Numbered from the stretch's first letter, positions 40,008-50,241 are shown. The stretch: DNA of 64,000 nt from an uncultured Spirochaetota bacterium (GCA_963734495.1 CAVTHK010000010.1:96001-160000); one strand, 5' to 3'. The notes: generated by a model from the letters alone, not told the origin. Translations and numbers: made by a program.

Positions 40008-41348
40008 ATGGAGGCGGCCTCGGACCCGATTGCTGCTCTGGCCACGCCGCGCGGCGAAAGCGCTCTCGCGGTCATCCGCGCCTCGGGCACCGGATGCCTC
40101 GCGCTGCTCGCGCCCCTGTTCCGCGGCCGCACCGACCTGCGCGCGTCGCGCTCGCACACCCTGCATCACGGCGCTCTGCACGACGACGGCGAGCCGATCG
40201 ACGAGGTCGTGCTCGGCGTCTTCCGCGCCCCCAGCAGCTACACCGGCGAGGAAGCCGCCGAGATCTACTGCCACGGCGGGCCTGCGGTGGTGCGGAGGCT
40301 CCTGCGCCTGCTCGAGGCGCACGGCTTCCGCCCCGCCGAGCCGGGCGAGTTCACGCTGCGGGCGTTCCTCAACGGCAAGATGGACCTCACGCGGGCGGAG
40401 GCCGTCAACGACGTGATCCGCGCCCGCACCGACCGCGCCCGGGCGCTCGCGCTCACGCGCCTCGGCGGCGGCATCGAGCGCCGGATCGACGAGGCCAAGG
40501 ACCGTCTGATCGACGCGCGGGCCGCGATCGAGGCGAGGATCGAGTACCCCGACGAAGAGGATCCGGGCGAGCCGGTCGCCGAACGCGAGATCGGCGAGGT
40601 CGAAGCGTCGCTCGAAGCTCTGCTCGCGAGCTACCGCATCGGGAGGCTGGTGCAGGACGGTCTCGTGGCCGTCATCGCCGGGCGGCCGAACGCGGGCAAG
40701 TCGACGCTCTTCAACCTGCTGCTGCGCGAGGAGCGCGCCATCGTCTCAGAGACCCCCGGCACGACTCGCGACGCCATCGAGGGGGCGCTCGACGTGGCAG
40801 GCGTGCCGGTACGGCTGCTCGACACGGCCGGCTTGCGGGCTCCCCGCGACGAGGTCGAAAGCGAGGGTATTCGCCGCACGGAGCGGGCGATGGACGCGGC
40901 GGCCGTCGTCCTCTACGTGGTCGACGCTTCCGCGGGCGCGAGCGCGGACGATCTCGCGGCGATCGCGGCGCTCGGGGCGCGCGCGCTCCCGGTGTGGAAC
41001 AAGATCGACCTGGCGGCGGCAGCGCCGCCCGAAGGGTTCTTCGGGGTGAGCGCGCGCAGCGGCGCGGGGATGGGCGCGCTCCAGGCCGCCTTCGCCCGCA
41101 GGGTCGACGGATCAGGCGGCGGCGAGGCGGACGAGGCGGTGATCGAATCCGAGCGGCAGCGGGACAGGCTCCAGAGCGCCCTCGCCGCTCTGCGGCGCCT
41201 GCACGGGGCGATCGCGGGCTCGCTCCCCTTCGACGTGGTCGCCTTTGAGCTCGACGAAGCGCTGCACGCCCTCGGCGAGATCACCGGGGAGGTGACCTCC
41301 GACGACGTCCTGCGCCGCATGTTCTCGCGGTTCTGCGTGGGCAAGTAG
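40008..41348 (+). CDS. mnmE: tRNA modification GTPase
   Basis: DPIAALATP, SYTGEE.AEIYCHGG, PGEFTLRAFLNGKMDL, GRPNAGKS, PGTTRD, DTAG, NKID, FCVGK. Confidence 0.98.
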   Translation: MEAASDPIAALATPRGESALAVIRASGTGCLALLAPLFRGRTDLRASRSHTLHHGALHDDGEPIDEVVLGVFRAPSSYTGEEAAEIYCHGGPAVVRRLLRLLEAHGFRPAEPGEFTLRAFLNGKMDLTRAEAVNDVIRARTDRARALALTRLGGGIERRIDEAKDRLIDARAAIEARIEYPDEEDPGEPVAEREIGEVEASLEALLASYRIGRLVQDGLVAVIAGRPNAGKSTLFNLLLREERAIVSETPGTTRDAIEGALDVAGVPVRLLDTAGLRAPRDEVESEGIRRTERAMDAAAVVLYVVDASAGASADDLAAIAALGARALPVWNKIDLAAAAPPEGFFGVSARSGAGMGALQAAFARRVDGSGGGEADEAVIESERQRDRLQSALAALRRLHGAIAGSLPFDVVAFELDEALHALGEITGEVTSDDVLRRMFSRFCVGK

Positions 41349-43193
41349 ATGGACTGCGACGCCGTCGTCACGGGGGGAGGTCACGCGGGCATCGAGGCCG
41401 CGCTCGCCCTCGCGCGACTGGGTTTCCGGACGCTCCTGGTCACCCAGAACCTCGACACGATCGGCAAGCTCTCGTGCAACCCGGCGATCGGCGGCGTCGC
41501 GAAGGGCAACCTCGTCCGCGAGGTCGACGCGCTGGGCGGCGAGATGGCCAGGCTCGCGGACGCGACCATGATCCAGTTCCGGATCCTCAACCGCAGCCGG
41601 GGGCCCGCGGTCCAGGCCCCGCGCGCTCAGGCCGACAAGGCCGCGTACGCGGCTCTCGCCAAGCGCATCCTCGAGACCGAGCCGCGCCTCACGCTCTTCC
41701 AGGACACCGTGACCGACTTTATCCTCGACGCGTCGGGCCGCGAAGTCCGCGGCGTGCGCACGGAGCGGGGCCGCGAGATCGCGGCCTCGGCGGTCGTCGT
41801 GACGACGGGAACGTTCATGGAAGCCCGCCTCTTCGTCGGCGAGTACACGGCGCCGGGCGGCCGCCTGGGCGAGCCGCCGGCGACGGGGCTCGGGGCGAGC
41901 TTTCGACGGCTCGGCTTCGACGTCGGCCGGCTCAAGACGGGCACGCCCGCCCGGGTCCACCGCGCCTCGCTCGACCTCGGGCAGATGGCCGTGCAGAACG
42001 GGGACGAGCCGGCGGAGCCCTTTTCGTTCGCCGGCGACGGCATCGATCGGCCGTCCCTCCCCTGCTACGTCACCTACACCAGCGAGGCGACCCACCGCGT
42101 CATACGCGACAACCTGCACCGCTCTCCGCTCTACGGCGGGAAGATCACCGGGATCGGCCCGCGTTACTGCCCTTCGATCGAGGACAAGGTGGTCCGCTTT
42201 CCCGAGAGACCGCGCCACCAGGTGTTCGTCGAGCCCGAGGGGCTCGGCACCGACGAGATGTACCTGAACGGGCTCTCCACCTCCATGCCCGAGGACGTCC
42301 AGGAGGCCTTTGTGCGGACGGTGCCCGGCCTGGCGAGGGCGCAGATCCTGAGGCCCGGCTACGCCGTCGAGTACGACTACCTCAACCCCATCCAGCTGCT
42401 GCCGGACCTGCAGACCAAGCGCGTCCGCGGGTTGTTCGTGGCAGGCCAGACCAACGGCACTTCGGGCTACGAGGAAGCGGCCGCCCAGGGGCTCATGGCC
42501 GGCATCAACGCCGCTCGCTTCCTGCAGGCCGCGCCGCCGGTGATCCTCACGCGGGCGGAAGCCTATATCGGAGTTCTCATCGACGACCTGGTGACGCTCG
42601 GCACGGCTGAGCCCTACCGGATGTTCACGTCCCGGGCCGAGTACCGGCTTTCGCTGAGGCACGACACGGCGGACCTCCGCCTCACGCCGGTCGGCCGGCG
42701 TGTCGGGCTGCAGGGCGCGGCCGCCATGGAAGCGCTCGAGGGCAAGCGCCGCGGCCTCGCGGAGGTGCGCGAGCTGCTCGCGCGCAGGGCGGTGAGGCCG
42801 GCGGATGCGGAGCGCTTCCCCCTTCTCGCGGCGAGTCTCGGCCGCAGCTTCGAGCAGGTCCTGCGCCGGCCGGAAGTGACGGTCGAGCAGCTGCTCGCGC
42901 TCGAGGAGGGGCTCGCGGGCAGGCCGATCGCGCTGCTGCGGACCGCCGAGCTGGACCTCAAGTACGAGGGGTACGTGCGGCGGCAGGAAGAGGCGGTGCG
43001 GCGCTTTTCCGCCCACGAGTCGCGCATGATCCCTCAGGACTTCGACTACGACGCGGTCGCCGGTCTCTCGGCCGAAGCCCGTCAGAAGCTCAAGGTCGTG
43101 CGGCCGCGCTCCCTCGGGCAGGCGTCGCGCATCTCCGGCGTGCGCCGCTCCGACGTCGCCCTGCTGATGCTCCACCAGGGCGGGCGAAGGTAG
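41349..43193 (+). CDS. mnmG: tRNA uridine-5-carboxymethylaminomethyl synthesis enzyme (GidA)
   Basis: GGGHAGIEAA, SCNPAIGG, RLKTGTP, GPRYCPSIEDK, AGQTNGTSGYEEAAAQG, EPYRMFTSRAEYRL. Confidence 0.99.
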   Translation: MDCDAVVTGGGHAGIEAALALARLGFRTLLVTQNLDTIGKLSCNPAIGGVAKGNLVREVDALGGEMARLADATMIQFRILNRSRGPAVQAPRAQADKAAYAALAKRILETEPRLTLFQDTVTDFILDASGREVRGVRTERGREIAASAVVVTTGTFMEARLFVGEYTAPGGRLGEPPATGLGASFRRLGFDVGRLKTGTPARVHRASLDLGQMAVQNGDEPAEPFSFAGDGIDRPSLPCYVTYTSEATHRVIRDNLHRSPLYGGKITGIGPRYCPSIEDKVVRFPERPRHQVFVEPEGLGTDEMYLNGLSTSMPEDVQEAFVRTVPGLARAQILRPGYAVEYDYLNPIQLLPDLQTKRVRGLFVAGQTNGTSGYEEAAAQGLMAGINAARFLQAAPPVILTRAEAYIGVLIDDLVTLGTAEPYRMFTSRAEYRLSLRHDTADLRLTPVGRRVGLQGAAAMEALEGKRRGLAEVRELLARRAVRPADAERFPLLAASLGRSFEQVLRRPEVTVEQLLALEEGLAGRPIALLRTAELDLKYEGYVRRQEEAVRRFSAHESRMIPQDFDYDAVAGLSAEARQKLKVVRPRSLGQASRISGVRRSDVALLMLHQGGRR

Positions 43194-43823
43194 ATGGAAG
43201 GACTGCTCGAGCGGGGCCTCGCCCGCCTCGGCCTTCCGCGCTCGAGCCGCGAGACCGGCCTGCTGCGGGCCTACACCGACCAGATCGCGCTCTGGAACCG
43301 CAGGGCGAACCTCGTCCGCGCCGAAGGCGACGATCTCGTCGTCCGCCACCTGCTCGACTCCCTCGCGCCTGCGCGCCTCGTGGAGGCGCGGGCAGCCGGC
43401 GGCCCCGTGGCGGACGTCGGCTCCGGGGCCGGGCTTCCGGGCATCCCGCTGGCGATCGTGCTGCCCCTGCTGCGCTTCGCGCTGATCGAGCGCGCCGCGC
43501 TGCGGGCCGCCTTTCTGCGCGCCTGCGCCGCGGTGCTCGCCCTCGGCAACGTCGAAGTCCGCGAGGCCGACGTCGCGGGCGTCGCGGAGCTTACCTTCCC
43601 CCTGGTTGTCTTTCGCGCCTTTCGCCCCCTGGCCCGTGCCCTCAGGGAGGTCGCTCCCATCGTCGCCCGGGGGGGCGCCGTGGCTGCCTACGGGGGACGG
43701 CGGGAGCCGCTGCTTGCGGAGCTCCGCGACATTCCGCCGGAGTTCAGCCTGTCGGAGATCGTCCCCGTCGAAGTCCCCTTCCTCGAGGCCGAACGTCACC
43801 TGGTCGTCCTCGCGAGGAGGTGA
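43194..43823 (+). CDS. rsmG: 16S rRNA m7G527 methyltransferase (GidB)
   Basis: WN...NL, RHLLDSL, DVGSGAGLPGIPLAI, FRAF, ERHLV. Confidence 0.95.
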   Translation: MEGLLERGLARLGLPRSSRETGLLRAYTDQIALWNRRANLVRAEGDDLVVRHLLDSLAPARLVEARAAGGPVADVGSGAGLPGIPLAIVLPLLRFALIERAALRAAFLRACAAVLALGNVEVREADVAGVAELTFPLVVFRAFRPLARALREVAPIVARGGAVAAYGGRREPLLAELRDIPPEFSLSEIVPVEVPFLEAERHLVVLARR

Positions 43824-43870
43824 AGGGGCGCAGGGAGACGCGAACGCGTGGGGGTCAAACTGCCGAAACA

Positions 43871-43899
43871 TTGACAAAGAGTGAGCGCGAAGTTACGAT
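43871..43899 (+). promoter_or_regulatory. sigma70-type promoter of the LysM-SLT genes
   Basis: TTGACA-N17-TACGAT; AGGAGG SD before the TTG start at 43927. Confidence 0.75.
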
Positions 43900-43926
43900 T
43901 CTTCTGTATCGGAAACAGGAGGCACC

Positions 43927-44874
43927 TTGAGCAGCGAATCGATCGGGATAAAGATCGCTGACGGCACGTTTTACCCGGTTGTCGAGAAGGGCTTTCAGGG
44001 TCGCAAGAGACTGGTCGTCACCACCGTCAGGGACAACCAGAGCAACGTCCAGATCGACTTCTACCGCAGCGCGACGGCGAGCGTCGAGGAGCGCGGCTAC
44101 ATCGGGAGCCTCCTCATAGAGAACCTGCAGCCCGGCCCCAAGGGCGACCCCGAAATCGAGGTCCTCGTCGGCCTCGACGACACCGGCAATCTCAGCGCCG
44201 AGGCGCGCGACAAAAAGACAGGCGAGCGGCAGACGCTTTCCGTGAGCAAGACCAGCCTCGCGGAGGGGCAGACGTACGCCGTGCCGGACGCGGAGCTCGA
44301 GGAGAAGGTCGACGCCGAGCTCGAGAAGACCGACGAGCTGATCACGGGCGAGTCCTACCCGATCCAGCAGCAGGACCGGCGCCGCACCTACATGGTCCGC
44401 AAGCGAAACCCGCTGCTGCTCGTGCTCTTCCTGCTGCTGTGCCTCGTGGTCGTGGCCGGCGCCGCATGGTACGTCTACCAGTACCTGACGTCGCAGCCCT
44501 CGGAGACCACGGGGGACGCGGGCTCGATCGCGGCGGCCCAGCAGGCGGCGCCGCCCGGGCCCCCTGTGAGCGCGCCCGCCGCCGCGCCGGCCGCCCCTGC
44601 GCCCCCGCCCGCCGCCGCCCCGCCCCCCGCGCCCGCGCCCGCCGCTGCGGCCCCCGCCCCGGCGGCGCCGGCCCCGAAAGCGCAGGCCCCCGCCGCCTCG
44701 TCGGGCGACGGCGTGTGGTACACGATCAAGTGGGGCGACACGCTCTGGGACATCTCCGCCGCCTACTACCGCAACCCGTGGTTCTACCCCCGGATAGCCC
44801 GCCATCCCAGCAACAACATCAAGAATCCGGACCGCATCCTTGCCGGCTTCAAGCTCTTCATCCCGCGCGACTAG
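43927..44874 (+). CDS. Bitopic membrane protein: Hsp70 substrate-binding-like domain, TM, Pro/Ala linker and LysM
   Basis: TTVRDNQSNVQI...PGPKGDPEIEV...DDTGNLSAEARDKKTG; TM LLLVLFLLLCLVVVAGAAWYVY; YTIKWGDTLWDISAAYYRNPWFYPRIA...IKNPDRI. Confidence 0.85.
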   Translation: MSSESIGIKIADGTFYPVVEKGFQGRKRLVVTTVRDNQSNVQIDFYRSATASVEERGYIGSLLIENLQPGPKGDPEIEVLVGLDDTGNLSAEARDKKTGERQTLSVSKTSLAEGQTYAVPDAELEEKVDAELEKTDELITGESYPIQQQDRRRTYMVRKRNPLLLVLFLLLCLVVVAGAAWYVYQYLTSQPSETTGDAGSIAAAQQAAPPGPPVSAPAAAPAAPAPPPAAAPPPAPAPAAAAPAPAAPAPKAQAPAASSGDGVWYTIKWGDTLWDISAAYYRNPWFYPRIARHPSNNIKNPDRILAGFKLFIPRD

Positions 44875-44914
44875 ACCGGCCGCGGTCCGCCGCGGCCAGA
44901 CGACCTGCAGGCGC

Positions 44915-47047
44915 GTGAGCATCGGCCTGCCGAAGGCCAGACAGGCGACCGGCCTCGCGCTCCTCGCTCTGAGCGTCCTCGTCGTCCCTTCCTGCAGCTC
45001 CCTGGAGATCTGGGGCCGCAAGGCCGAAGAGGTGCGCCGCCTCCTGGCGAGCGGCGACCACTCGTTTCTCCGCGACGTGGACTTCGACAAGAACCGCGTC
45101 CAGGAGGCCCTCGATCTCGGCGAAGGCGCCCCCTACTGCCTGGCCCTCGCCTTCCGGTCGCTGGGGCTCGAGCCGCAGGCGACGCAGCTCCTGCGCCTGC
45201 AGATCGCGCAGGACGACGGCGTCTGGAGCTCGCTCGCGCTGCCGCCTCTGCTGGACGCGCTCCTCGACCAGGAGGACTACGACACGGCAGCCCGGCTCGC
45301 GGCCGACCACCTCGCCGACCCTTCGGAGCTCATCGACCGCGACCTCGTGCGCAAGGCCATCGTCGAGGCGCGCTACTGGCAGAAGGACGACCGTGCCACG
45401 CTGGCCGCGCTCGCGGCCTACTTCCCGTCGGGCCGTTCGAGCGCCCGGCCGGAGATCGACGCCGAGCTGGCGCTGTTCAGGGCGGTGGCTTCGTCGCGCG
45501 CCGGAACGGACGGGTGGCCCGAGCTCTTCCTCCGGCTTTGCCTCGAGCAGCCGGCTTCGACCATCCACGTGCGGGCCGAGCAGTTCCTCGAGAGGACGGA
45601 GGCGGTCCGCTCCGCGCTGCCCGCGATCACGGCCGCCCTCATCGACGCCAAGGCCGCCGTCGCCTCCGGCCAGCCCGGGAGAGCGCTGGGCGGCCTCGAA
45701 GCGGGGATAGGCGCCCTCTCCGGCCGGGCACCCGCGCTGCTCATCCGCGAAAGCGCCGCTGCGTATCTCGCGGCGGGCGAGGCGGGCAGGGGCGCGCGTT
45801 TCTTCTCGACCGCTGCGCGGGGCCTCGCCGGCGACGCGCGCCTTGCGGCGCTCGAAGCCGCGGGCCGCCTGTACCGCGCCATGGGGGCCGGCGGCGATGC
45901 GGCCGCGGCGTACGCGGCGGTCGCCGACACGACCGCGGACCCCGGGCAGCACGACCGCGCCCTGTGGTATCTCGCGGACATCGCGGGCAGGGGCCCGACC
46001 CGCGCCGCGCTCGCCGAGCTGCTGCGGGGGCTGCCGGCCTGGCACGATCCCGCCTACTTCGACGACCTGATCGACGCCCTTGCCACGCGGCTGCTCGCGG
46101 ACGGCGACGTCGCGGGCCTCAAGACGCTCTTCACGGCGGTTTCCGGTCTGGAAGTGCCGTCGCGGATCAGGATCTACTACATCCTCCACCGCCTCGGCGT
46201 CCGGGACCTGGAGCCGTCGGACGCGATGCTCGCCGCGGGGACGACGACCGTCATGGAGGACTACTACCGGCTGCTCCTGGACGCCGGCCCTCCTGCCGCG
46301 GACAGCCCTCCGCCGGACAAGGAGGGAGCGCTGGACTTCGTCGTGTCCCGGATGCTCGACTTCGGGCTCTACGACGAGGCGACGGATCTGGCCGACAAGG
46401 GCGACGGCAAGGTGAGCCGGGCCGCCCGGCTCGAGGCCTCGCGCCGCCTCATCGGGACCTCCCGCTACCGGGACGCGATCAGCCTCGCGGGAAGCGGTTA
46501 CCCGTGGGACGAGCCCGGCAGGGAGGCCGCGCTCGTCGCTTACCCGCGGCCTTACGAGCGGGAGATCCGCGACCTCGCCCGCCGCGAGAAGATGGACGAA
46601 GGGCTCCTGTTCGCCATCGCCCGCGAGGAGAGCGCCTTCGACCCGCAGATCCTCTCGGCCGCGGGCGCCGTCGGGCTCACGCAGCTTCTGCCGTCCACGG
46701 CCGAGGAGGAGGCGCGCCGGATGCGGATGCGCGCCTACGATCTGCGCGCCGCCTCGGACAACCTCTCGATCGGCTTCCACTACCTCGGCCGGCTCGTCAA
46801 GCTGCAGGAGAGCCTTCCCCTCGGCCTCGCCGCCTACAACGCGGGGCTCACCAGGATCCGGGAATGGAAGCGGCAGTACGCGAACCTTCCCCTGGACCTC
46901 GTCTTCGAGGCCATCCCGTTCGAGGAGACGCGCCACTACCTGCGCAAGGTCTTCGTTTCCACGGCGATCTACGACGTCCTCTACGAGAAGGGCTCGCCCC
47001 GCAGGACCACCGAGATGTTCTTCCCGGAGGCGGCGGCGCCGCGGTGA
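44915..47047 (+). CDS. Soluble lytic transglycosylase (SLT domain) lipoprotein with a TPR-like helical region
   Basis: AIAREESAF, SAAGAVGLTQLLPSTA, AAYNAG, IPFEETRHYLRKV; possible lipobox VVPSC; start approximate. Confidence 0.9.
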   Translation: MSIGLPKARQATGLALLALSVLVVPSCSSLEIWGRKAEEVRRLLASGDHSFLRDVDFDKNRVQEALDLGEGAPYCLALAFRSLGLEPQATQLLRLQIAQDDGVWSSLALPPLLDALLDQEDYDTAARLAADHLADPSELIDRDLVRKAIVEARYWQKDDRATLAALAAYFPSGRSSARPEIDAELALFRAVASSRAGTDGWPELFLRLCLEQPASTIHVRAEQFLERTEAVRSALPAITAALIDAKAAVASGQPGRALGGLEAGIGALSGRAPALLIRESAAAYLAAGEAGRGARFFSTAARGLAGDARLAALEAAGRLYRAMGAGGDAAAAYAAVADTTADPGQHDRALWYLADIAGRGPTRAALAELLRGLPAWHDPAYFDDLIDALATRLLADGDVAGLKTLFTAVSGLEVPSRIRIYYILHRLGVRDLEPSDAMLAAGTTTVMEDYYRLLLDAGPPAADSPPPDKEGALDFVVSRMLDFGLYDEATDLADKGDGKVSRAARLEASRRLIGTSRYRDAISLAGSGYPWDEPGREAALVAYPRPYEREIRDLARREKMDEGLLFAIAREESAFDPQILSAAGAVGLTQLLPSTAEEEARRMRMRAYDLRAASDNLSIGFHYLGRLVKLQESLPLGLAAYNAGLTRIREWKRQYANLPLDLVFEAIPFEETRHYLRKVFVSTAIYDVLYEKGSPRRTTEMFFPEAAAPR

Positions 47048-47089
47048 GCGGTCTGGACAGCCGCCGCCCCTCGGATAGAATCCTAGAGA

Positions 47090-47833
47090 ATGAAGGCGCC
47101 CGCCACGGCGACCCTCCTGCTTGCAGCTGCCCTCGCCTTCGCGCCCTGGGATCCGCTCGCGGCCCAGTCCAGCGCCGACACGCCGGCGCAGAAGCGGGCG
47201 CGCGCGCAGATGGTGGAGCAGCAGATCGCCGGGCGCGGCGTGCGAGACCCGAAGGTCCTCGACGCGATGCGCAGGGTCGTCCGCCACGCCTTCGTGCCGC
47301 CCGAATCCCGGGACCGCGCCTACAATGACTATCCCCTGCCGATCGGTGAAGGTCAGACCATCTCGCAGCCGTACATCGTCGCGCTGATGACCGAGCTGCT
47401 GGGCGTCGAGCCGGGCGATCGCGTGCTGGAGATCGGCACCGGGAGCGGATACCAGGCGGCGATCCTGGCCGCCCTCGGCGCGGAGGTCTGCACCATCGAG
47501 ATCAAGGCCGCGCTGTTCGACAGCGCCGCCGCCAGGCTGCGGGAGGAGGGCTGGACTTCGGTGCGCACGCGGCACGGCGACGGGTACTACGGATGGCCGG
47601 AGGCGGCGCCCTTTCGCGGCATCATGATCACCGCCGCGGTCGACCACATCCCCCCGCCGCTGCTCGCGCAGCTCGCGCCGGGCGGGAGGATGGTGCTGCC
47701 GCTGGGCAGCCCGTACGGCTTTATGGGCCAGACGCTCGTGATCGTCTCCCGCGCCGGCGACGACTTCACGGTCCGCGAAGTCCTCGGGGTGCGCTTCGTG
47801 CCCATGACCGGCCGCGCGGAACAGGGCCGATGA
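47090..47833 (+). CDS. pcm: Protein-L-isoaspartate O-methyltransferase with an N-terminal signal-like peptide
   Basis: RHAFVP, PLPIGEGQTISQPYIVALM, VLEIGTGSGYQAAIL, GDGYYGWPEAAPF, VRFVPM. Confidence 0.93.
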   Translation: MKAPATATLLLAAALAFAPWDPLAAQSSADTPAQKRARAQMVEQQIAGRGVRDPKVLDAMRRVVRHAFVPPESRDRAYNDYPLPIGEGQTISQPYIVALMTELLGVEPGDRVLEIGTGSGYQAAILAALGAEVCTIEIKAALFDSAAARLREEGWTSVRTRHGDGYYGWPEAAPFRGIMITAAVDHIPPPLLAQLAPGGRMVLPLGSPYGFMGQTLVIVSRAGDDFTVREVLGVRFVPMTGRAEQGR

Positions 47834-50241
47834 CGCTGCTCTCGGTCTTCGCGTCGTCCGCGGCCGCGCTTTCGTTCGAGGTCCTGCTCACGCGCCTCTT
47901 CGCCATCACGCAGTGGAACCACCTGTCGTTCATGGTGATCAGCATCGCGATGCTCGGCTTTGCGGCCGGGGGGATCGTGGTCTCGGCGGGCGCGGGCCGC
48001 GGCGCCGCTCTGTTCCCGCTCGCGCTGGCCCTGCTTCCGGCCGGGCTCCTCCTCGGGTTCCAGGTCGCGGCGCGCGCGAGGCTCGACTACTTCCAGCTCG
48101 CCGTCGACCCGGGCCAGCTCCTGCGCCTGGCCGGGCTCTTCGTGGCGCTCGCGTGCCCGTTCGTGCTGGCCGGCCTCGTGACCGCGCTCGCCTACTCGGG
48201 CCTGCCGCCCGCAAGGGTCTACCTCGCGTCGATGGCGGGTTCGGCGCTCGGCGCGGTCCTGCCCGCGGCGCTGCTGCCCGCGGCCGGGCTTGCCCGCGCC
48301 TTTGTGGTGGTCGCCCTGCTCCCGGTCGGCCCGGCCCTCGCGGTGATGCGAGGCGCGAGCGGATCGAAGCCGCGGTGGGGCATCCTCGCGGCCACGGCCG
48401 CGCCCATCCCCGTGGCGGCGGTCCTGCTCGTGTTTCCGGGCCTCGTCGAGGTGCGGCCGAACGAGTACAAGGCGTACAGTCACTACACGAAGATGGCGGG
48501 AGTCACCGCGATCTCGCGCACCGAGAACCTGCGCGCCCGCTACGACGAGCTGGGGGGCGACCCCATCCGGTTCGCTCCGGGCCTCAGCCTGCGCTACACC
48601 GAGCGGCTGCCGGTCGAGCGGCTGATCCTGGAGGACGGCGACAGGCGTCACGTCCTCCCCGACCCGGACGACCCGCTCGCCGATGCGTTCGCCCGCTCGC
48701 TGCTCGCCTCGGGGGCGTACCTGCTGCCGCAGCGCCTCGACCGCGTGCTCATTCTCCACGCCGACGGCGGAGTCGCCGCCATGACGGCGCGGGCCGCGGG
48801 CGCGGGCAGCATCGACCTGCTCACCGACCAGCCGTACCTGGCGCGCCGATTCGCCGCCCACTACGGAAGCCGCCTGAACCGCGTGATCTGCGCCTCGGCC
48901 CGCGCATTCCTCGCGGCCCCGGGCGACCTCTACGACCTGATCCAGGTCGAGTCCTGGGGCACGCAGCTCCCCGCGATGGCGAGCCTCGTCGAGGACCACT
49001 GGCTCACCGTGGAGGCCGTGCGGTCGATGCTCTCGCGCCTCGCGCCGGGCGGAATCCTCTCCTTCAACCGCGCGCTGGACCTTCCCCCGAACGACCTGCT
49101 GCGCCTGCTCAACACCACGTGGAAGGCGCTCGGAGGGATCGTCCCGGAGTGGCATACGGCCGCGTTCCGCAGCTGGGACAGCCTCCTCCTCGTCGTCTCG
49201 CCCGAGCCGCTGAGCGACGCAGCCCGGGCGCGGATGCTCGCCTTCGCGGACCGGATGCGCTTCGATCCTGTGCAGATGCAGGGCGTGACCGCCGAGCAGG
49301 CGAACCGGTACAACCAGATGGCGCGGCCTTACCATTTCGAGGCGGCCCGGGCGCTCGCGGCAGGGACGCTGGACCCCGCCTCGCCGTTCGACGTCTCCGC
49401 CCTGACGGACACGCGGCCGTTCCCGTACCACTACCTCCGCTGGTGGCGGCTGCCCTCGGCCTGGCGCGCGCTCGCCGATCGGCTGTACAGCCTCGCGCTC
49501 TCGGGCGAGGTCATGCTGCTGCTCGTGCTGGCGACGGCCGTCTCGCTGTCTGCGCTCATCCTGCTCGTCCCGGCCGTGCTTGCGCGCGGCAAGGCGAGCG
49601 CCCGCCCCGGCGGACGAGAGGGTGACAGTCCCTTCCCCATCACGTTCTTTCTGGCGATCGGGGCCGGATACATGCTGTTCGAGCTGGGATGGCTTGCCGC
49701 GCTGGGGTTGCTGCTGGAGAACCCGTCGCTCGCCTTCGCGGCGGGGGCGGGCGGGCTGCTGCTCGCCTCGGGCGCGGGAGGCATCGTCGGCGCGCGGACG
49801 CAGCGGCTGCTGCTGAGCCTCGCCGCGGCCGCGGCCGCCGGCATCGGCCTCGCGGGCGCCCTTGCGGTCGCGACGCCCTGGCTGCTGCCGCTGCCGCCGT
49901 GGCCGCGCGCGGCGATTGCTGCCGCGGCGCTCCTCCCCTGCGGTTTCGTGCTCGGGATGCCGTTCCCGCTGGGGCTCCGCCGGCGCGAGGCGCGCCCCGG
50001 CCGCGGCGGCCTCGCCTACGCCTGGGCCGCCAACGGCGCGAGCAGCGTCGTGGCGTCGGTCCTCGCGCCGTTCGTGTCGATGAGCTGGGGAACTCCGATG
50101 CTCTTCGCCTGCGCGGGCGCGTTCTATGCCGTCGCCCTCGCCGCGGCGGATCTGGCCCGGACCCGCGCGCACCCGCAAGGAGGCGAGGAGGCCGCGGGGC
50201 GCCTTCCTTCTAAAACAGATGCCCCATCTGGCTCTTCTTGA
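47830..50241 (+). CDS. Polytopic membrane protein with a spermidine-synthase-like (SAM-fold) loop
   Basis: FEVLLTRLF...FMVISIAMLGF, VYLASMAGSALG, ARAFL...YDLI, LTDTRPFPYH, FFLAIGAGYMLFE, GMPFPLG, YAWAANGASSV. ATGA overlap with pcm. Confidence 0.8.
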   Translation: MTLLSVFASSAAALSFEVLLTRLFAITQWNHLSFMVISIAMLGFAAGGIVVSAGAGRGAALFPLALALLPAGLLLGFQVAARARLDYFQLAVDPGQLLRLAGLFVALACPFVLAGLVTALAYSGLPPARVYLASMAGSALGAVLPAALLPAAGLARAFVVVALLPVGPALAVMRGASGSKPRWGILAATAAPIPVAAVLLVFPGLVEVRPNEYKAYSHYTKMAGVTAISRTENLRARYDELGGDPIRFAPGLSLRYTERLPVERLILEDGDRRHVLPDPDDPLADAFARSLLASGAYLLPQRLDRVLILHADGGVAAMTARAAGAGSIDLLTDQPYLARRFAAHYGSRLNRVICASARAFLAAPGDLYDLIQVESWGTQLPAMASLVEDHWLTVEAVRSMLSRLAPGGILSFNRALDLPPNDLLRLLNTTWKALGGIVPEWHTAAFRSWDSLLLVVSPEPLSDAARARMLAFADRMRFDPVQMQGVTAEQANRYNQMARPYHFEAARALAAGTLDPASPFDVSALTDTRPFPYHYLRWWRLPSAWRALADRLYSLALSGEVMLLLVLATAVSLSALILLVPAVLARGKASARPGGREGDSPFPITFFLAIGAGYMLFELGWLAALGLLLENPSLAFAAGAGGLLLASGAGGIVGARTQRLLLSLAAAAAAGIGLAGALAVATPWLLPLPPWPRAAIAAAALLPCGFVLGMPFPLGLRRREARPGRGGLAYAWAANGASSVVASVLAPFVSMSWGTPMLFACAGAFYAVALAAADLARTRAHPQGGEEAAGRLPSKTDAPSGSS

